Positions 10,732-21,939 of a stretch of DNA of 64,000 nucleotides are shown in pieces. A program made the position numbers and the translations under genes. How positions within the stretch are numbered: position 1 is the first letter of the stretch; each line of letters starts with the position of its first letter. Source of the stretch: Dendrobates tinctorius (Eukaryota); contig NW_027361897.1 of NCBI RefSeq assembly GCF_039654945.1, forward strand, positions 4,836,001-4,900,000. Direction: 5' to 3'. The notes beneath the pieces are model-generated. The model ran no database searches, had not been told where the DNA came from, and was given only the letters and a program-made list of their open reading frames with translations.

Positions 10732-12569
10732 TTTAGGGATTCAACTTGCTTAGGTGCGATGGGAGACAACCAGGAGGCACGTTCCTTTAAAAGTTCATAG
10801 GGTTTATTGCTCCATAACTCATAAACCAGCACATAACATGAGGAATAGCCTTTAGCTCAGGCGAAAGCAAGTATAAGTGTCCATGATTTCAGGCTCAGTC
10901 CTGAAGCCTCAGCAAACACAGGAGGCTTATCCATTCTCACATACAGCCAATATACATAGGCCTTCCCGGGTCAGCAGCCTCAGCACGTGGTCTTCCAGAA
11001 GGGAGCACACCTTCTTCCACCTAGGCCTACCGGGACCTTCCACATGGCCCAATAAGATCCATGCGCTCTCTCCCATGTGACCAGACCTCAGGTACCTTAT
11101 ATGGTCCATAACCACACCCACAGGTGATCACATGGCTATGACCTCACTAAAGGTCCTATTACACACAGCTGTCATGGTCACGTGTGCCTGGACGCAGATG
11201 ATACCGCAAGGCGGACCCATAATACACGTGGCCCTGGATACAGCCCCTCCAGTGGTGAATTTAAATAATAATACGTGCAGATGGATACACCGCCTCCACC
11301 TGGCGAATTTAGGTATTACACGTTAATATAAATTCTGGAAACCCCGCCTCCAGTACGGCGAATTTAAATAATAAGGGGGAACCTGGATAACATTAACAAT
11401 GGTAGGCCCTGCGATAGGGAATGGGGACGTGGAGACCTCCTAAGCTCCCCTGAGCCAGTGTCCCTGCACTCCTATAGTTCCCTATACAGGCTCCGCACCT
11501 GTCACCACACGCAAACCTTAAACCTTTGCTCGCCCTGACCCTAAACCCTCACTAGGGAATTGGTCGGTGCGGAGACTAATCCCACCACTGCACTAACAAC
11601 ACACATGAGGAAAGAAGACAATACAGGGGAAACACCACTTAGCTTTAGGCTCTGTGCTTATGCTCCTGCAACAGAGCCCCACCACCTGCGTGCGTCTTCT
11701 CCTCCACCCGGATCCATCACCATCCTGGATCCCACACCATAGTGCAGCCTTGAGGCAGAGTCCATCTCCAGTTGCAGCAGTCCAATAACAGAGTCCCAAG
11801 GATGAGTCAGCCTCTGCCAAAATTCTAAGCATGCTTGAGTCCAGCTCTCGGCCACCAAGTCAAGCATGCTGAGTGCAACTCTCTCCATAGTCACCACTCC
11901 ACAAAGCCATGCATGCACTTCCCGCTGACACCATAAACTGCAACTCCTCCATGCCATGCCAGCAATTCCTGCAGACACCATTAGCTGCCACTCGTCTCCT
12001 CTGGCTGACTGCGCAGGACTCCTCTTCAGCTCCATGTTCACCCAGGCTTCACAAACTCAGAATGAATCAATCAATATCACCAGCAGGGATTGCACACCCT
12101 GAGACTCACTTATAGAGCCCCATACCTGATTCATAATTACATGCACATTAAACCTAAAGTGCGATACCACTAACCACCACCGGGGACAGTCAAGTCACTT
12201 GGCACTTGCCAAAGTAAAAAAAGTTCACCCTGTGCAATTTAAAACTGTCAGATCAAATTCAGATCATGACAACAGCCATACATATACTTTATTATGACAC
12301 TCTTAAATACACCCCTGGGTGGGTTTGTAGGTAACCAGGTCCACCCATCTCTCTAGTTTCCTGGAGACTTCTCCCTGACACATTGAAACAACACATCAGC
12401 AATATCATTGCTGATCAACACATAAGTCTCCATCTCAAGGCCACCCACCTTGTGATACATAGCGATCCTTCAGCATCCTATACCCATTACCACAATGGAT
12501 ATGCCTGTAGGCCCATCCTGGGACACCCACACAGCGCCCCCTAGCTGACATAGTGGTTACTACACCACA
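10732..12569 (-). repeat. 5' LTR of the FXR-carrying element, interrupted by a solo LTR
   Basis: 10732-11169 and 12277-12569 rejoin to give a copy of 6583-7313. Confidence 0.92.
11170..12271. mobile_element. Solo LTR of an unrelated family, nested in the 5' LTR
   Basis: Termini TGTCATG...CATGACA; 5-bp TSD ACAGC at 11165-11169 and 12272-12276. Confidence 0.9.
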
Positions 12570-12585
12570 GTATATATATATATAT

Positions 12586-12860
12586 GCAAAAGAAGGGGAA
12601 ACAGCGCATAAATTCAAAATAGATGAACTTTAATGCCCAATGGCGTGGCGACGTTTCGGATATGAAATCCTTCTCAATCCTTGAGAAAGGATTTCATATC
12701 TGAAATGTCACCACACCATTGGTCATTGAAGTTCATCTTTTTTGAATTTATGTGCTGTTTCCCCATTTTTTGCTTCGTATACTGAGGAGCCAATTGATTG
12801 ATGGTTGGGGAAGCGTGCACACTAGTAAGGTATTTTCTGGTGCTGTTCCAATTTTTTTGC
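12586..12860. mobile_element. Penelope-like element terminal remnant as an inverted repeat with hammerhead-like cores
   Basis: 12586-12677 is the reverse complement of 12681-12773; each arm has TTGAGAA-(A)GGAT-TTCAT-ATCY-GAAA-YGTC. Confidence 0.6.
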
Positions 12861-13177
12861 CTATATATATATAATATATAAAGCTCAATGTGTGTGTATG
12901 TTTGTATGTATGTATGTATGTATGTCCGGGATTGGCATCTGCACCGTCGCAGCTACAGTCACAAAATTTTGCACAGTCACATGTCTGGACCCCGAGAGCG
13001 TCATAGGTTATGTTGTGAGGCGAAATTTAAACCCTGCGTGTTCCAATTCACCAAAGAATTTTGCCTAGTATTCTTATCATTTCTATGGTGTTATCGTCCT
13101 TCTGTAAAGCTGGAAATAACACAATTTATTACCGTGCCAACACAGACCACCCTCTGACACAGACTGCAGGGGGAGCC

Positions 13178-15550
13178 CAGTATCACACAGGATAGGATTA
13201 GATACACGGCTCAGCAGTCAGTATCACACAGGAGAGGATTAGACACATGGCTCAGCAGTCAGTATCACAAAGTATAGGATTAGATACACAGCTCAGCAGT
13301 CAGTATCACACAGGATAGGATTAGATACACTGCTCAGCAGTCAGTATCACACAGGATAGGAATAGATACACGGCTCAGCAGACAGTATCACACAGGATAG
13401 GATTAGATACACAGCTCAGCACACAGTATCACACAGAATAGTATTAGATAGAGGGCTCAGCACACAGTATCACACAGAATAGGATTAGATACACGGCTCA
13501 GCAGTCAGTATCACACAGGATAGGATTAGATACACGGCTGAGCAGTCAGTAACACACATGATAGGATTAGATACACAGCTCAGCAGTCATTATCACACAG
13601 GAGAGGATTAGGTACACAGCTCAGCAGACATTATTAAACAGGATAGGGTTAGATACACAGCTCAGAAACAGGATGTGCCAAAGGAGAGGACATTTTCATT
13701 CCAAGAATTCCACTCATTCCATCTGATTTGTTTTATTTTAAACGCCTCCAGTTTCCAGTTCAAACAGAATAGGATTCGATACACAGCTCAGCAGTCTGTA
13801 TCACACAGGATAGGATTAGATACACGGCTCAGCAGTCAGTATCACACAGGATAGGAATAGATACACAGCTCAGCAGTCAGTATCACACAGGAGAGGATTA
13901 GACACACGGCTCAGCAGTCAGTATCACACAGGATAGGATTAGATACACTGCTCAGCAGTCAGTATCACACAGGATAGGAATAGATACATAGCTCAGCAGT
14001 CAGTATCACACAGGAGAGGATTAGGTACACAGCTCAGCAGACAGTATCACACAGCATAGGATTAGATACACAGCTCAGCACACAGTATCACACAGAATAG
14101 TATTAGATAGATGGCTCAGCAGACAGTATCACACAGAATAGGATTAGATACACGGCACAGCAGTCAGTATCACACAGGATAGGATTAGATACACGGCTGA
14201 GCAGTCAGTAACACACATGATAGGATTAGATACACAGCTCAGCAGTCAGTATCACACAGGAGAGGATTAGGTACACAGCTCAGCAGACATCACACAGGAT
14301 AGGGTTAGATACAGAGCTCAGAAACAGGATGTGCCAAAGGAGAGGACATTTTCATTCCAAGAATTCCACTCATTCCATCTGATTTGTTTTATTTTAAACA
14401 CCTGCAGTTTCCAGTTCAAACAGAATAGGATTTGATACACAGCTCAGCAGTCTGTATCACACAGGATAGGATTAGATACACGGCTAAGCAGTCAGTATCA
14501 CACAGGACAGGATTAGATACACGGCTGAGCAGTCAGTAACACACATGATAGGAATAGGTACACGGCTCAGCAGTCAGTATCACACAGGATAGGATTAGAT
14601 ACACTGCTCAGCAGTCAGTATCACACAGGATAGGATTAGATACACGGCTGAGCAGTCAGTAACACATGATAGGATTAGATACACAGCTCAGCACACAGTA
14701 TCACACAGAATAGTATTAGATAGACGGCTCAGCAGACAGTATCACACAGAATAGGATTAGATACACGGCTCAGCAGTCAGTATCACACAGGATAGGATTA
14801 GATACCCAGCTGAGCAGTCAGTAACACACATGATAGGATTAGATACACAGCTCAGCAGTCAGTATCACACAGGAGAGGATTAGGTACACAGCTCAGCAGA
14901 CATCACACAGGATAGGGTTAGATACAGAGCTCAGAAACAGGATGTGCCAAAGGAGAGGACATTTTCATTCCAAGAATTCCACTCATTCCATCTGATTTGT
15001 TTTATTTTAAACACCTCCAGTTTCCAGTTCAAACAGAATAGGATTCGATACACAGCTCAGCAGTCTGTATCACACAGGATAGGATTAGATACACGGCTAA
15101 GCAGTCAGTATCACACAGGACAGGATTAGATACACGGCTGAGCAGTCAGTAACACACATGATAGGAATAGGTACACGGCTCAGCAGTCAGTATCACACAG
15201 GATAGGATTAGATACACTGCTCAGCAGTCAGTATCACACAGGATAGGATTAGATACACGGCTGAGCAGTCAGTAACACATGATAGGATTAGATGCAGAGC
15301 TCAGCACACAGTATCACACAGAATAGTATTAGATAGACGGCTCAGCAGACAGTATCACACAGAATAGGATTAGATACACGGCTCAGCAGTCAGTATCACA
15401 CAGGATAGGATTAGATACACAGCTGAGCAGTCAGTAACACACATGATAGGATTAGATACACAGCTCAGCAGTCAGTATCACACAGGCGAGGATTAGGTAC
15501 ACAGCTTAGCAGACATTATCACACAGGATAGGGTTAGATATAGAGCTCAG
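13178..15550 (+). repeat. 41-bp minisatellite with 614-655 bp higher-order repeat
   Basis: Unit gctcagcagtcagtatcacacaggataggattagatacacg (13209, 13250, 13291...), interrupted by the same 100-bp helicase fragment at about 13666, 14321, 14935 and 15551. Confidence 0.95.
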
Positions 15551-15850
15551 AAACAGGATGTGCCAAAGGAGAAGACATTTGCATTCCAAGAATTCCACTC
15601 ATTCCATCTGATTGATTTGTTTTTTGATTTTAAACGCCTCCAGTTTCCAGTTCAACTGCTATTTGCAATGTCCATTATCAATGCTCAGGGACAGTCCTTG
15701 AAAGTAGTAGGGATCGATTTGCAATCTCCATGCTCTTCTCATGGTCAACTTTACGTGGTCTGTTCAAGAGTTGGAACAGCCAAAAATCTGTTCATCTTTG
15801 CACCGAAAGGAAAAACCAAAAATGTTGTTTATCAAAAGGCTCTTGAATGA
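15551..15850 (+). pseudogene. Helitron RepHel Pif1-like helicase C-terminal fragment
   Basis: TGCAKGEDICIPRIPLIPSD then (frameshift) FDFKRLQFPVQLLFAMSIINAQGQSLKVVGIDLQSPCSSHGQLYVVCSRV...KTKNVVYQKAL. Confidence 0.92.
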
Positions 15851-16055
15851 GTTGAAAATAAAATACTATCAATACTTGGGTAATCACTAAGTTAATTTGT
15901 GTTGCAAATCTGTAGTGTTGAATATATTATGTGAAATGTTTTTATGTGTAATATAATCATTATAATTTGTTAGAACTAACCACAGTTGGTTACTATGCCC
16001 AGGCAACGCCGGGCTCTTCAGCTAGTGTGTGTATATATGTATATATATATATACA

Positions 16056-18204
16056 CAGGGTGGACAATTTATATGGATACACCTAAATAAAATGGGAATG
16101 GTTGGTGATATCAACTTCCTGTTTGTGGTACATTAGTATATGGAAGGGGGAATCTTTTCAAGATGGGTGGTGACCATGGTGGCCATTTTGAAGTTGGCCA
16201 TTTTTTTATCCAACTTTATTTTTTTCAATAGGAAGATGTGACACATCAAACTTATTGAGAATTTCACAAGAAAAACAATGGTGTGCTTGGTTTTAACATA
16301 ACTTTATTCTTTCATGAGTTATTTACAAGTTTATGACCACTTATAAAATGTGTTCAAAGTGCTGCCCATTGTGTTGGATTGTCAATGCAACCCTCTTCTA
16401 CCACTCTTGACACACTGATAGCATCACCGCAGAAGAAATGCTAGTCTAAGGGGGTCAGATTCCTTGTAGGAATGCTCAGACCTTACACCCATAATGTGGT
16501 GGTGCACCATCTTGCTGGGTAACGTGCCATCTTCAGTGCATAAAGAGGGCAACACATCATCATGTAACAATTTGAGATATCCGGTGGCATTGAGGTTTCC
16601 ATTGATGAAGTATTTATTTGATGAGTTATTTACAAGTTTATGACCACTTATAAAATTGTCATGATCCCAGTGCAGGTTTTGACCTGCACGTCAGGGGTTA
16701 ATGTCTTGCTCAGTGCAGGCTTTGACCTGCATGCCTGGGGTTAATTATTGTGGCCTCTCTTTGGTTCAGGCAGAGCTTTTTATAGTCCTGAGAAACTCCA
16801 AACCCTGTCAGTTATACTTTTGCCTTTGGCCGAGTGTTGTGACCCTTGTGTGCCTGTTCGTTGTCTTATAGCTTGCTTATATGGTTCTGATCCGGTTCTG
16901 TCCCCCGATGTGAGTTTGCCTGTTGATTCTGTACTGTATATCTGCTTCTCTGGTTTCTGACTTCTTGGCTACGTCTTGACTGTCCGTTCTGTCTTACCCT
17001 TTGGTAATTGTCGTGCTATCTCATGCTTTGACCCCGGCCTGATCTGGTTTATGTACCTGTCTATGCCAATTAGTAACTTTGTTCCGTAGTTACCATTCTA
17101 GGAGTTTTCCTGCAGCTCATAGCTCTCTGGAGTTTAGGCCTCGCCCCCAGCAGTCACGTGCTTCAGGTCCTGTGGGTCTGAAGCACGCATCTTCTCTGCT
17201 GCTGCCCGCTCCACAGGTATCTCTGAGCACAGTTTGTCTTACTCAGGACACGCACACTGGCTCAGTGAGCAAGTGCAGTGCGGTGTTCCTGACAAAAATG
17301 TGTTCAAAGTGCTGCCCATTGTGTTGGATTGTCAATGCAACCCTCTCCTCCCTCTCTTGACACACTGATAGCTACACCTCAGAAGAAATGCTAGCACAGG
17401 CTTCCAGTTTCCATTGTTTCAGACGCTGCACATCTCTTATCTTCACAGCATAGACAATTGTCTTCAGATGACCCCAAAGATAAAAGTCTAAGGGGGTCAG
17501 ATTGGGATGACCTTGATGGCCATTCAACTGGCTCACGATGACCAATCCACTTTCTAGGAAACTGTTCATGTAGGAATGCTCTGACCTGACACCCATAATT
17601 GATGGTATGGTGTGGTATATGGGGTATAAAGATAGTGGGGCCATTCTTCATCAATGGAAACCTCAATGCCACCAGATATCTGAAATTGCTACATCATGAT
17701 GTGTTGTCCTCTTTATGCACTGAAGATGGCACATTCCCTGAGTTTTCCAGCAAGATGGTGCACCACCACATTATGGGTGTCAGGTCCGAGCAATCCTACA
17801 AGGAATCTGACCCCCTTAGACTAGCATTTCTTCTGTGGTGATGCTATCAGTGTGTCAAGAGTGGGAGAAGAGGGTTGCATTGACAATCCAACACAATGGG
17901 CAGCACTTTGAACACATTTTATAAGTGGTCATAAACCTGTAAATAACTCATGAAAGAATAAAGTTACGTTAAAACCAAGCACACCATTGTTTTTCTTGTG
18001 AAATTCTCAATAAGTTTGTGTCACATGACCCTCTTCCCATTGGAAAAAATAAAGTTGGATCCAAAATGTCCGACTTCAAAATGGCTTCCATGGTCACCAC
18101 CCATCTTGAAAAGTTCCCCCCTCCCATATACTAACAAACAGGAATTTGATATCACCAACCATTCCCATTTTATTTAGGTGTATCCATATAAATGACCCAC
18201 CCTG
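16056..18204. mobile_element. Fold-back derivative of a DD41D (rosa/Visitor-type) Tc1/mariner transposon
   Basis: Ends CAGGGTGG...CCACCCTG|TA; arms of about 550 bp are inverted (16056-16612 vs about 17648-18204). Transposase remnants MVWCGIW..GPFFINGNLN..QQDGAPPHYGCQVRAFL..KWIG..EWPSRS.DLTPLDFYLWGHLK give 41 residues between the 2nd and 3rd Asp when the two strands are joined. Confidence 0.85.
16657..17294. mobile_element. Solo LTR nested in the DD41D element
   Basis: TGTCA...TGACA termini; 5-bp TSD AAAAT at 16652-16656 and 17295-17299; host sequence resumes exactly. Confidence 0.88.
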
Positions 18205-18339
18205 TAGATCCTATATGGCCTGAACAGTTGTGTACTTGGCTTAATGGCACCGTCTACTAACGCATTTCCCCCCTTTTTTGGTCATTCATGATTTTATCAT
18301 AAGCCATATTGCAGTGAGGATAACAGCTCACAGGAACAT

Positions 18340-18914
18340 GCATTATGCCCCCACCGACAATATGAGCTCTCACACAGCCCCCCTATATACAGTATAAGCC
18401 CCCACATAACCCCATACATACAGTATGAGCCCACACACAGCCCCCTACATACAGTATGAGCCTTCACATAGCCGCCAATATACAATTTGAGCCCCCACAT
18501 AGCCTGTAAGAACGCTCTGGAACTTTGACTGACAGCTTCCGGAGCAGTGCATCATTGCATAGGCAACTGTATGACTGAAAGCCAATGGTTCCTGGGATGA
18601 ATAAAGTCAATTTTTTTCAGTACAGTGGTTGGGCACCTTACTAACACTACTAACCTGCAGATTAACCCTACATCTGCAGGTTAGTAGCGCTGTCTGACAT
18701 GACAGGTTCCCTTTAAAGGGGCAGGCCACTACTCGGACAACCCCATCTCAATTCGCATGCTTCCCCCTTGTAAAATAACAACACTTGTACTCATTGCTGA
18801 TGCCGTACTAGCAACACCAATGGTATGGCACCAACGGTGAGTAGAAGTGTTGGTATTTTACAAGGGGAAAACATACAGATTAAGATGGGATTGTGTGAAT
18901 ATTGGAAAACCTCT
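18340..18914. mobile_element. Two adjacent TTAA-targeting MITEs (Kolobok/T2-like); the first is partial and has a 32-bp minisatellite
   Basis: 'tgacaggttccct|TTAA|agggg...aacctct|TTAA' at 18713-18716 and 18915-18918. Confidence 0.6.
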
Positions 18915-19424
18915 TTAAGGAGTTAACAGCAGCAGGTGGAGCTCAGTTCCACCGATGGCTGCAAGAGACAGATTACATCATGTATTTACTGTATATAAAT
19001 ACATGATGCAAGCAACATTTCTACAATGGAGGGGCACACAGTGTGCAGGGACATTTGCCCCCTGGCCCTTTCATACAAAGCTGCCTACTACCACTGCGTG
19101 TCTGTCACTTGCCACAGACATGATGATACTACATACTTTATAGGAAATTCGGAACACTGTGTAGCAGTCAGACCCCCTCATCCAGTGCAGACAGCTACTT
19201 TTACTGTAGTGCAGCCTACCAGACTCCAGAGACAGTTTACAGGAGGAGGAATGAGGGAGTCAGGAGACTGGGCAGGCTTGTTCAGTCTTCTCAGCTCAGG
19301 TCAGGCGAGGATGCTTGGGAGGTGAATACAGACCAACAAAGGTATAGTAACTTTTGGGATACCAGACCCATAAACAACCATATTGGGATAGTATAGGTAC
19401 CCTAACGGACACTCCCGAATTCAA

Positions 19425-19971
19425 TCATGATAACCAAAAGACCATAATGGAGTAAAAAAGTCCAAAATAGTATAAAAATATACAAATTTTATTAACATAT
19501 ATCATGTAAACAACACAAACAATAATGCCCTACAGGATCAGGTAGTGATGGCCAAGGTCACTTAATAAAATTATACTAAAATGCTGCAGTGCTATACAGA
19601 TCATGGAGATAGACACAGGGTATATATAGAAATCCTTATTTGCATCCTAATATCAATCATGAGTATATAAGGAAAGCCATATGTCAACTAAGCAAAGTGC
19701 TTACCCATAATGTGTCAGCCTGGACCCAAGCCCGCCGCCACTTGATATTAGGATGCAAATAAGGATTTCTATATATACCCTGTCTATGTCCATGATCTGT
19801 ATAGCACTGCAGCGTTTTAGTATAATTTTATTAAGTGACCTTGGCCATCACTACCTGATCCGGTAGGGTATTATTGTTTTTGTTGTTTACATGATATATG
19901 TTAATAAAATTTGTATATTTTTATATTATTTTGGACTTTTTTTACTCCATTATGGTCTTTTGGTTATCACG
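19425..19971. repeat. Inverted repeat with arms of about 230 bp, probably Penelope-like inverted terminus
   Basis: About 19428-19656 is the reverse complement of 19742-19971; spacer about 85 bp. Confidence 0.8.
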
Positions 19972-20430
19972 AGGGTGCTTGGGAAGTAGGAGTTGACTCC
20001 TCTTCGGCAGACCCTTATGGTAGGCTCGTGAGTCACTTCAGCTTTTAAACAGACGCGCCAACGTTGTGTTTGCTGGGTCCTGCCAGAAGTCATACGGCAG
20101 GGCGGGTCCAGCATCATTGAAACCACCTGTGGCCATGGCGGTGACAATTTAAACATGGGGCAGAGCAGGCCAGGCAACATTATTTATACCACCTGAGGTC
20201 ACGGCAGTGACAAACATGCAATTGTGAACTATAATGGGGGCAGTTCATTGGCTGCCTGTAGCTTTGGGCCCCAGGCAGCAGCCCACATTGCCAGCATTAT
20301 AATCCGCCTACAGACACAATTGTAACAAAAAACTCCAGAAATGTTTCTCTGTATGTGGATATGAACTTTTTTATACACTGATTTGATTTTCTACAGAGAT
20401 TTTCACAATAAAGAGGAATTGATACATATA

Positions 20431-21220
20431 GACCCTGATTCATCAAGACTGGCGTTGCTCATGGCAATCTTGATGAGAAGTCAAAAGTGACTGGAGTAAG
20501 ATTTGTCACACAAGTACGCCACAGCTTGTCATGAATAATATAAGCGGGCATCAATCCTTCCCATTTTTATTTTGGCGAAACTGGCCCAAACTGTCATAAA
20601 AACTCCAAACGTCGCAAGTTCTTTGTGCAACCTCTTGTTACGCAAAAATGTTTAAAGTGTTTTACATGTACCAAAAATTTTGACATCAAATCTTTGATGA
20701 ATCGAGGCTATTGTTCCCAATTCATTGTTTGAAATTTTTTTTTTTAAGTCAATTTCCTTGTTTTTGCCTTGTATTTGCTGGCCTTTTTTTGCACTAAATT
20801 CAGCAAAATGGCTCATAAGGTTCATGAATTTTTTTCAAAATTAAAAAATGCTCTTTGTTTTTGTCTTTGACCTGCTTCCCAAATTTATAGCAGAAAAAGT
20901 CTCACATTTTACTATAGTATCACAAAATTGCGCAAACATATCTGGTGAACAAAACAATAACTCCGGCGGAGGGCAGGGAACTGGAGTACATTTGCAACAA
21001 GTTTGTGACTTTTCAACAAGTCACAAATGATGAATGAGGCCAAAACATCTGGAGATTCTAAACTCCGCCAACCGTGGCGAACTGAAAAATAAAAACAGGC
21101 AAACATATAAAATACTGACTTTAAAAAAGGCGTAAATGGAAATAAACAACAAACAAAATAAGGCAGAAAACATTAAAAACTCGACAAAAAAACGTGCCAA
21201 TGCAATAATGAATCGAGCCC
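20431..21220. mobile_element. Two degraded MITEs with GGNCYGATTCAT-like ends (Harbinger-like)
   Basis: 'gaccctgattcatcaag...tttgatgaatcgaggc' and 'cccaattcattg...aatgaatcgagccc'. Confidence 0.5.
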
Positions 21221-21939
21221 AAAAAAGTTCTAGAACTTTTGATTTTACAATGAGTAAACTTTATTTACATAAATACAGAGAATCCCTTTAATCTGTTTCT
21301 GAGCGGAGACCTGAAGTTTACTTACAGCTAAGATCGAGTGTTTCATTCACTTATGTAGATGGTTAGATAAAATACAATATGAGCCGGTTGTAATTTGCTT
21401 TTTCTGTAACTAGTATAGATTCAATCTGAGTTACCAGCCAAACTGTGAATAGTGCAGAATTGCTGCGCTTTAGGCAAGTGTAAGGTCCTTCTCAGCACAG
21501 TAATCAACACACAAAGGAATAGCAGGCCGTAAATGTAATGTTTATTCCGCTCGGTTTACAATTAGTATGATAAATCAGAGCTGACAAATAAATGAAACCA
21601 AGACAAAACTTCCAAGATTGGAGGGAAGAGTTGGCCACATTTGGTTCACAAGTGCTATTAGGCCTAATGGTATAAATATTCGGGGAGCAATAACCCTGCA
21701 GGGTTATGGGCAATTTAAATCCCTGGGCCTGTAGGCTCAACTAGTATAATACAGGTTTATTATGGTATTTTGTGAATGGACTAAACAAGAATGTCTCATA
21801 AGCCTGCACCTTTCAAGTATTGTCACCACTCCTGATGGGTCTCTTCTAGTAAATAATTGTGTTCCCTATAGAGTAACAATTCTGAACAATATTTTGTGCT
21901 GTACCTCTGTTATACCTAATAGAAATTTGTAATAAAAAA

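Larger units (their letters stand above)
6583..12569 (-). mobile_element. Non-autonomous LTR retrotransposon (Gypsy, probably Gmr1-like origin) carrying a captured FXR1-like KH module
   Basis: Paired LTRs of about 730 bp, TG...CA outer ends, 4-bp TSD GTAT (6579-6582 and 12570-12573), PBS and PPT in minus orientation. No RT, RNase H or integrase motifs seen in the 3.4-kb internal region. Confidence 0.93.
12861..16025 (+). mobile_element. Non-autonomous Helitron with internal 41-bp satellite and RepHel helicase C-terminal remnant (5' end approximate)
   Basis: 3' end has GC hairpin gcccaggc-aac-gccgggc then CTAG|T at 16022-16026. 5' end is 'ctatatat..aaagctcaatgtgtgtgtatg'. Pif1-like helicase remnant lies next to the 3' end. 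Confidence 0.88.

Noticed and set aside
13178-15550. CRISPR-like repeat/spacer array
   Set aside because: Head-to-tail 41-bp units with no unique spacers; interrupting segments are copies of one helicase fragment; eukaryotic context, no cas genes.
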